A stretch of DNA of 64,000 nucleotides from Carpediemonas membranifera BICM (taxonomy: Eukaryota; Protista; Fornicata). Where the stretch lies: NCBI GenBank assembly GCA_019828565.1, contig JAHDYR010000029.1, positions 62,001 through 126,000 of the forward strand, in the 5' to 3' direction. The position numbers and the translations under genes are program-made. The notes under the pieces are model-generated. The model searched no databases and was not told the origin of the DNA. It saw nothing but the letters and a program-made list of their open reading frames with translations. This document shows, piece after piece, positions 57,533 to 64,000 of the stretch; position 1 is the first letter of the stretch, and each line of letters opens with the position of its first letter.

Positions 57533-57847
57533 TCAGGCGCTCTTGGCCTTCTCGACGAGCTGGCGGATGGCGGCCTCGTTGGCGCCGACGACCTCACCGA
57601 TCATCTGGCCGGCCTTGAAGGCCTTGAACGTGGGCATCGCGCGGACGCCTGCGAGGCTGGCAGCCCCTTGGTTCTGGTCGACGTCAACCTTCACGCAGGT
57701 GACGTTTGGGTTCTCCTCGGCGATCTTGATGAAGCGAGGGCCGATCATCTTGCACGGTGGGCACCAAGTGGCGAAGAAGTCGACGACTACGGGCGCGTCG
57801 CCGTTGATAAGCTGCTGGAATTCCTCAAGGGTTTCGATAACCTTCAT
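57533..57847 (-). CDS. trx: Thioredoxin copy 8
   Basis: WCPPC, 104 aa. Confidence 0.95.
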   Translation of the reverse strand: MKVIETLEEFQQLINGDAPVVVDFFATWCPPCKMIGPRFIKIAEENPNVTCVKVDVDQNQGAASLAGVRAMPTFKAFKAGQMIGEVVGANEAAIRQLVEKAKSA

Positions 57848-57987
57848 GTTGTGTTCGTTTGTGGACTGGCCGGATCACGGCTGCTGCTGTGGCATTGCCG
57901 TGGGTATTGCCAGAAAAGACCAGAATCGATGCCGGCGAAGCTGCCGCAGTCGCTGCCGCGGCATGACATAGAACGCAACTACTGCAC

Positions 57988-58575
57988 ATGAACACTGTCC
58001 CCGTTATCTCCAAGCCCGCTCCCGCCTTCGAGGCCACCGCTGTGATGCCCGACGGCTCCTTCCAGAAGTTCAGCCTCGCTGAGCAGAAGGGCAAGTACTT
58101 TGTCCTCGTCTTCTACCCCATGGACTTCACCTTCGTATGCCCCACCGAGATCATCGCCTTCTCCGAGGCCGCTGCCGAGTTCCGCAAGCTCGGCGCCGAG
58201 ATCGCCGTCGTTTCCACCGACAGCGAGTTCGTCCACCTCGCCTGGCGCAACACCCCGCGCTCCGAGGGCGGCCTCGGTGAGCTGGCCATCCCCATGATCG
58301 CCGACACCAACCACGAGATCTCGAAGCAGTACGGCGTGCTCATCCCCGAGATGGGCGTCGCCTTCCGCGGCCTCTTCATCATCGACGACAAGGGCATCCT
58401 CCGCCAGATCACCGTCAACGATCTGCCCGTCGGCCGCGACGTCGCCGAGACCAAGCGCCTCCTCCAGGCCTTCCAGTTCACCGACAAGTACGGCGAGGTG
58501 TGCCCCGCTGGCTGGCACCCCGGCGACGACACCATCAACCCCGAGGACAAGAACGCCTACTTTAGCAAGCACTAA
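57988..58575 (+). CDS. prx: Peroxiredoxin copy 9
   Basis: Intact 195 aa. Confidence 0.96.
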   Translation: MNTVPVISKPAPAFEATAVMPDGSFQKFSLAEQKGKYFVLVFYPMDFTFVCPTEIIAFSEAAAEFRKLGAEIAVVSTDSEFVHLAWRNTPRSEGGLGELAIPMIADTNHEISKQYGVLIPEMGVAFRGLFIIDDKGILRQITVNDLPVGRDVAETKRLLQAFQFTDKYGEVCPAGWHPGDDTINPEDKNAYFSKH

Positions 58576-58780
58576 ATAGTTTACTCACCCATGCTTTGAA
58601 TGCCCACGATTTACCGCTCGTCCGCCTGACTGGCGCGGACACCGGCCTGCGTGACCGGTAGTGCAGTCAGCGCGCGTAGGATGTGAGTGGACGCTGTCGT
58701 TGCCCGCAGCGCCCCAGTCCAGTGCCGGCCCAGACAAATTCACACGGTTGAAGCTGCGTTTAATCTTTTCCGGGCGGCGC

Positions 58781-59095
58781 TCAGGCGCTCTTGGCCTTCT
58801 CGACGAGCTGGCGGATGGCGGCCTCGTTGGCGCCGACGACCTCACCGATCATCTGGCCGGCCTTGAAGGCCTTGAACGTGGGCATCGCGCGGACGCCTGC
58901 GAGGCTGGCAGCCCCTTGGTTCTGGTCGACGTCAACCTTCACGCAGGTGACGTTTGGGTTCTCCTCGGCGATCTTGATGAAGCGAGGGCCGATCATCTTG
59001 CACGGTGGGCACCAAGTGGCGAAGAAGTCGACGACTACGGGCGCGTCGCCGTTGATAAGCTGCTGGAATTCCTCAAGGGTTTCGATAACCTTCAT
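58781..59095 (-). CDS. trx: Thioredoxin copy 9
   Basis: WCPPC, 104 aa. Confidence 0.95.
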   Translation of the reverse strand: MKVIETLEEFQQLINGDAPVVVDFFATWCPPCKMIGPRFIKIAEENPNVTCVKVDVDQNQGAASLAGVRAMPTFKAFKAGQMIGEVVGANEAAIRQLVEKAKSA

Positions 59096-59235
59096 GTTGT
59101 GTTCGTTTGTGGACTGGCCGGATCACGGCTGCTGCTGTGGCATTGCCGTGGGTATTGCCAGAAAAGACCAGAATCGATGCCGGCGAAGCTGCCGCAGTCG
59201 CTGCCGCGGCATGACATAGAACGCAACTACTGCAC

Positions 59236-59823
59236 ATGAACACTGTCCCCGTTATCTCCAAGCCCGCTCCCGCCTTCGAGGCCACCGCTGTGATGCCCGA
59301 CGGCTCCTTCCAGAAGTTCAGCCTCGCTGAGCAGAAGGGCAAGTACTTTGTCCTCGTCTTCTACCCCATGGACTTCACCTTCGTATGCCCCACCGAGATC
59401 ATCGCCTTCTCCGAGGCCGCTGCCGAGTTCCGCAAGCTCGGCGCCGAGATCGCCGTCGTTTCCACCGACAGCGAGTTCGTCCACCTCGCCTGGCGCAACA
59501 CCCCGCGCTCCGAGGGCGGCCTCGGTGAGCTGGCCATCCCCATGATCGCCGACACCAACCACGAGATCTCGAAGCAGTACGGCGTGCTCATCCCCGAGAT
59601 GGGCGTCGCCTTCCGCGGCCTCTTCATCATCGACGACAAGGGCATCCTCCGCCAGATCACCGTCAACGATCTGCCCGTCGGCCGCGACGTCGCCGAGACC
59701 AAGCGCCTCCTCCAGGCCTTCCAGTTCACCGACAAGTACGGCGAGGTGTGCCCCGCTGGCTGGCACCCCGGCGACGACACCATCAACCCCGAGGACAAGA
59801 ACGCCTACTTTAGCAAGCACTAA
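59236..59823 (+). CDS. prx: Peroxiredoxin copy 10
   Basis: Intact 195 aa. Confidence 0.96.
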   Translation: MNTVPVISKPAPAFEATAVMPDGSFQKFSLAEQKGKYFVLVFYPMDFTFVCPTEIIAFSEAAAEFRKLGAEIAVVSTDSEFVHLAWRNTPRSEGGLGELAIPMIADTNHEISKQYGVLIPEMGVAFRGLFIIDDKGILRQITVNDLPVGRDVAETKRLLQAFQFTDKYGEVCPAGWHPGDDTINPEDKNAYFSKH

Positions 59824-60028
59824 ATAGTTTACTCACCCATGCTTTGAATGCCCACGATTTACCGCTCGTCCGCCTGACTGGCGCGGACACCGGCCTGCGT
59901 GACCGGTAGTGCAGTCAGCGCGCGTAGGATGTGAGTGGACGCTGTCGTTGCCCGCAGCGCCTCAGTCCAGTGCCGGCCCAGACAAATTCACACGGTTGAA
60001 GCTGCGTTTAATCTTTTCCGGGCGGCGC

Positions 60029-60343
60029 TCAGGCGCTCTTGGCCTTCTCGACGAGCTGGCGGATGGCGGCCTCGTTGGCGCCGACGACCTCACCGATCAT
60101 CTGGCCGGCCTTGAAGGCCTTGAACGTGGGCATCGCGCGGACGCCTGCGAGGCTGGCAGCCCCTTGGTTCTGGTCGACGTCAACCTTCACGCAGGTGACG
60201 TTTGGGTTCTCCTCGGCGATCTTGATGAAGCGAGGGCCGATCATCTTGCACGGTGGGCACCAAGTGGCGAAGAAGTCGACGACTACGGGCGCGTCGCCGT
60301 TGATAAGCTGCTGGAATTCCTCAAGGGTTTCGATAACCTTCAT
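60029..60343 (-). CDS. trx: Thioredoxin copy 10
   Basis: WCPPC, 104 aa. Confidence 0.95.
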   Translation of the reverse strand: MKVIETLEEFQQLINGDAPVVVDFFATWCPPCKMIGPRFIKIAEENPNVTCVKVDVDQNQGAASLAGVRAMPTFKAFKAGQMIGEVVGANEAAIRQLVEKAKSA

Positions 60344-60483
60344 GTTGTGTTCGTTTGTGGACTGGCCGGATCACGGCTGCTGCTGTGGCATTGCCGTGGG
60401 TATTGCCAGAAAAGACCAGAATCGATGCCGGCGAAGCTGCCGCAGTCGCTGCCGCGGCATGACATAGAACGCAACTACTGCAC

Positions 60484-61071
60484 ATGAACACTGTCCCCGT
60501 TATCTCCAAGCCCGCTCCCGCCTTCGAGGCCACCGCTGTGATGCCCGACGGCTCCTTCCAGAAGTTCAGCCTCGCTGAGCAGAAGGGCAAGTACTTTGTC
60601 CTCGTCTTCTACCCCATGGACTTCACCTTCGTATGCCCCACCGAGATCATCGCCTTCTCCGAGGCCGCTGCCGAGTTCCGCAAGCTCGGCGCCGAGATCG
60701 CCGTCGTTTCCACCGACAGCGAGTTCGTCCACCTCGCCTGGCGCAACACCCCGCGCTCCGAGGGCGGCCTCGGTGAGCTGGCCATCCCCATGATCGCCGA
60801 CACCAACCACGAGATCTCGAAGCAGTACGGCGTGCTCATCCCCGAGATGGGCGTCGCCTTCCGCGGCCTCTTCATCATCGACGACAAGGGCATCCTCCGC
60901 CAGATCACCGTCAACGATCTGCCCGTCGGCCGCGACGTCGCCGAGACCAAGCGCCTCCTCCAGGCCTTCCAGTTCACCGACAAGTACGGCGAGGTGTGCC
61001 CCGCTGGCTGGCACCCCGGCGACGACACCATCAACCCCGAGGACAAGAACGCCTACTTTAGCAAGCACTAA
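60484..61071 (+). CDS. prx: Peroxiredoxin copy 11
   Basis: Intact 195 aa. Confidence 0.96.
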   Translation: MNTVPVISKPAPAFEATAVMPDGSFQKFSLAEQKGKYFVLVFYPMDFTFVCPTEIIAFSEAAAEFRKLGAEIAVVSTDSEFVHLAWRNTPRSEGGLGELAIPMIADTNHEISKQYGVLIPEMGVAFRGLFIIDDKGILRQITVNDLPVGRDVAETKRLLQAFQFTDKYGEVCPAGWHPGDDTINPEDKNAYFSKH

Positions 61072-61164
61072 ATAGTTTACTTACCCATGCTTCCGTTCAC
61101 ACCACCCAGCCGGACATGGCTGACACGGCAGCATTTACATTGCTATGTACACTCCCTACACACC

Positions 61165-62268
61165 TCACTTCCTGTTCCTGTAACCTTGCCCGGTGGGCGG
61201 GTACATCGGGTAGACCGCCCTCTGGCCGTACTGGCCGGTTGGGACATACGCTCCGTACCCAACCGGACGGGCTATGGCCTGCGTAGCCTGCCGCTGCCTC
61301 TGCTGGTTGAGCTGAGCTATTTGCTGTCTCTTCAAGACCTGGCGCCGATGGATGCGAGTTTGGACGACGACGCAGGCACAGCACGTGATACAGCAGGCCG
61401 ACAGCGAACAGCAGCACAGTAGCAGCACTGCGGTCACTGGTATGGCTAGAATGATGCCGACGATGACGAGGATGGCGGTGATGACGAGCTCGACTGTGTC
61501 GAAGTCACAGTCGCCATCGACCAGCTCATTGAAGCCCGACGCAATGGCCTTCATAGCCTCCTGCTGCCTGTCTATGATTGTATACCCGTCCAGGCCAACT
61601 GAAGGGCCGTCGGATTCCCCTTTAAGCGTGTCGAGGACGTCCTTGGCCCCATCTGACACTGCCAGCCCGCCCATGACCGTGCCTCGAGACGTTAAGTTAG
61701 TAAAGGCCTCGCTGGTTGAGTTCCAAGACGGTTCATCGCCGAGTACGAAGTAGATGGAGGGGATCCGGTCGGAGTCTGAGTCGACGAAGGCTGCCAGGGC
61801 CTGCTCCAGTGCTGTGTCTAGGTCTGCCATCTCGTGTGTGACAGTGAGGGACCACACGAGGTCATTGTCCGTGGCGGCCAGCAGGTAGCCGATATCGAGC
61901 ACGACCTCGTCTGGTTTTTTCAGACGCAACTCGGAGTTCGTCGCCGGGTAGACGCCGGTGTTTGAGCCCATGAGTACGAGCCCGATGCGGTCGTCGTTAG
62001 CCCTGAGCTGTGGGATCCAGGTGGCGAAGGCCGACAGGATGGGGTAGCGGTCGGACAGATCAAGGGTCGCCACGTCCACAACCAGCACCACATCGTGGGC
62101 CTGGTGGGAGCAGATATGCTGCCACGGGCTTATGACGCTGTCTAGGTAGTCGTAGCCCTCGTTGAAGAGCTCAAGGGCGCTGGGGACCGAAGGGGAAAGA
62201 GTCGTGACATCCTGGTAGGATAATCCGCATAGCAACGCCACAATGAGCGTTATTGCAAGGGTTTTCAT
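61165..62268 (-). CDS. Type I membrane protein with a vWA-like ectodomain and Cys-rich juxtamembrane segment
   Basis: Signal peptide, DVVLVVDV and DRIGLVLMG vWA-like strands, hydrophobic helix, CCCSLSACCITCCAC, Gln/Tyr/Pro-rich tail. Confidence 0.75.
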   Translation of the reverse strand: MKTLAITLIVALLCGLSYQDVTTLSPSVPSALELFNEGYDYLDSVISPWQHICSHQAHDVVLVVDVATLDLSDRYPILSAFATWIPQLRANDDRIGLVLMGSNTGVYPATNSELRLKKPDEVVLDIGYLLAATDNDLVWSLTVTHEMADLDTALEQALAAFVDSDSDRIPSIYFVLGDEPSWNSTSEAFTNLTSRGTVMGGLAVSDGAKDVLDTLKGESDGPSVGLDGYTIIDRQQEAMKAIASGFNELVDGDCDFDTVELVITAILVIVGIILAIPVTAVLLLCCCSLSACCITCCACVVVQTRIHRRQVLKRQQIAQLNQQRQRQATQAIARPVGYGAYVPTGQYGQRAVYPMYPPTGQGYRNRK

Positions 62269-62430
62269 CTCGTTCGCTTGCTTGTCTAATTATGGCATGC
62301 GATGGCTGCGAAGCAGAAATTCTGTAGACTTCCAGGAGATCGTGTGAGATCTACGAAGATACGCCGACACTCCCAACCCGCATCCAATCACCCAGACCAT
62401 CCAAGATATTTTAGAGAGCTATGTTACCAT

Positions 62431-63492
62431 TCAATCCGAGTCAACCTCAAAATCGTCCTCGAACTCGCCGTCATCCGCCTTCACCGCTGGACTGGCGATC
62501 GCGGGCGACGTCTCCGCCAGGGGAGACCGGACCTTGGCCTCTGTCTTGTCGACTGTAGTCAGGGGCGAGGTCTGGCTGCCCGACCGAGAGTGGCCCTTCC
62601 CCCCCCGCCTTGCCTTCAGAGCAGGGGAGAATTCAGCCGCCTCCTGCAAGTGCGTCGCCGTCTTGACATGTGCCTGGAGGGCGGCGTTCGCTTCAGTCAG
62701 TCTGGCGATCTTCTGCTCGGCATGCTTCAGCTGGAGCTCGAGCCTCTTTGTCGCGCTGACCTTGGAGTGCTCGAGGCTCTTGACCCGCTGGCTGACCTTA
62801 TCCCGCTCGACCCTGAACTCCTCTCTCTCCTTGCTCAGGGCGCTGAACTTCTCCAGGGCAGCAGTGGCCGCCTCCACCGAGTCCGTCCCCGTGCACTGCA
62901 GCAGCGTCGCCTGCAGCCCCCGGTATTTCTCGGTCACCTTGGCGTAGGCCAGCTTCACCTTTCGGGCTGCGTTCTCGTCGACCCGGGACGACTGCTGCTG
63001 CCTTATCGAAAGCTTCAGTGCCCGGATCTCGTTCTGGTAGGCCTGGACCATCTGGTGTGGCTCGGCGAGCTGCTCGTCGTACCGTGTCAGGGCCTTCTCC
63101 TGCTCTCGCTGCACCCGCTTCAGCGCCTTGTTCTCGTCGAGGATCTTCTTCATGTTGATCCTGAGCTCCTTCACCTTGTTCTCAAGGCCTGTGATGGTCT
63201 CGGCGGCAACACTGTACTGCTGGACCTGCCGCGAGAGACGGGCGTTGTCTCGGCGGATAATCGCCATCTTCTTCTCCCAGATGGACGACATCGAGCGCGT
63301 CGATGACGGACGGCTCTCAGTGTCACTCTTGTGCTTCAGCTGGTTCGTAAGGTGGTCTACTTTCGTCCGAAGCTTCAAATTTTCAGATCGGAGCCGTTCA
63401 AGCTCGGCAGAGGCTTCGTTCGTACCACCTTGTTCATTTTCGCTTTCCGAAATCTCATCTACCTCAAAGTCATCGTCGTAATCGGACGTCAT
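62431..63492 (-). CDS. Lebercilin (LCA5)-like coiled-coil ciliary protein
   Basis: ENKALKRVQREQEKALTRYD..HQMVQAYQNEIRALK resembles the lebercilin domain. Confidence 0.7.
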   Translation of the reverse strand: MTSDYDDDFEVDEISESENEQGGTNEASAELERLRSENLKLRTKVDHLTNQLKHKSDTESRPSSTRSMSSIWEKKMAIIRRDNARLSRQVQQYSVAAETITGLENKVKELRINMKKILDENKALKRVQREQEKALTRYDEQLAEPHQMVQAYQNEIRALKLSIRQQQSSRVDENAARKVKLAYAKVTEKYRGLQATLLQCTGTDSVEAATAALEKFSALSKEREEFRVERDKVSQRVKSLEHSKVSATKRLELQLKHAEQKIARLTEANAALQAHVKTATHLQEAAEFSPALKARRGGKGHSRSGSQTSPLTTVDKTEAKVRSPLAETSPAIASPAVKADDGEFEDDFEVDSD

Positions 63493-63769
63493 GCGTCTGT
63501 TCGTGCCTCGAGGCCAAAATATCCGTGCAGTTTATGCTAAAAGATGATGAGCTCTCCTGTTTTGACCATTTATGACAGCTCCTGTCATTACTATAGTACC
63601 CCAGCCGCGGCTCAAACGATGACCAGCTCACTGTGGAGGCGGTAACATCCCCGGTGAGCCGGCCTTTTCTATTTGATGCGTATCCCTACTGGCAGCACCG
63701 ATCTCAACACCGTCTCTCTCGACCCCACTGAAGCACCAGTCACCAGTCATCATACCACCCCGCATTTAC

Positions 63770-64000
63770 CTAGTACCGCCTACCGCTGTCGTTGAGCGCG
63801 GCGATTCGTGGTCTCTGCTCCATCCTGACCCGCCATTCCGACAGACCCGGGAACGACGCCAGGGCAAGAGGCACCTCGCGGTCAATGGCCTCGAGTGCGC
63901 TGAACAGGGAGATGTCGGCCAGGGTGAGGGTGTCACCGACGATGTAGAGGGGATGGGCCCTCGCCTCAAACCGGGCAGACAGCAAGCGGAGCTTGGGCTC
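63770..64000 (-). CDS. Glutathione S-transferase-like C-terminal domain (runs off the window)
   Basis: YIVGDTLTLADISLF..FPGLSEWRVRMEQRPRIAA. Confidence 0.8.
   Translation of the reverse strand, partial: EPKLRLLSARFEARAHPLYIVGDTLTLADISLFSALEAIDREVPLALASFPGLSEWRVRMEQRPRIAALNDSGRRY

Larger units (their letters stand above)
48001..61092. repeat. Tandem array of an about 1248-bp unit: 11 peroxiredoxin and 10 thioredoxin genes
   Basis: Near-identical units with Prx ATGs at 48001, 49248, 50498, 51747, 52996, 54244, 55492, 56740, 57988, 59236 and 60484. Confidence 0.97.

Noticed and set aside
47953-61068. Long ORFs antisense to Prx and Trx, and similar shadow ORFs over the helicase, USP and pol genes
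   Set aside because: Expected from strong GC3 codon bias; no recognisable domains.

Overview
Eukaryotic DNA from a compact-genome, probably flagellated protist (a 37-nt GT-AG intron, a lebercilin-like gene, very short intergenic spacers). The window has three parts. (1) 1-37.6 kb is a nested retrotransposon cluster. It holds about eight Ty3/gypsy LTR elements or fragments, most with chromodomains and all with very short LTRs (about 50-100 bp), plus several copies of a (TTTC)n-tailed non-LTR-like family with 14-16 bp TSDs. (2) 38-47.4 kb holds single-copy host genes (NT-C2/DIL protein, CRAL-TRIO/PH protein, DHX57-like helicase, USP, tRNA-Val). (3) 48-61 kb is a tandem array of 11 peroxiredoxin and 10 thioredoxin genes, followed by more host genes. 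Three observations stand out. All four 5' LTRs in the window are followed by a perfect 12-bp palindrome instead of a tRNA primer-binding site, which suggests an undescribed priming mechanism. The non-LTR-like element encodes a Maelstrom/arenavirus-NP-like DEDDh+ECHC nuclease domain but no visible RT, and ends in a long conserved, apparently structured RNA. That element also forms a 5.4-kb-arm inverted duplication. Many single-base indels are probably long-read errors. All domain calls come from motif recognition by eye, not database searches.
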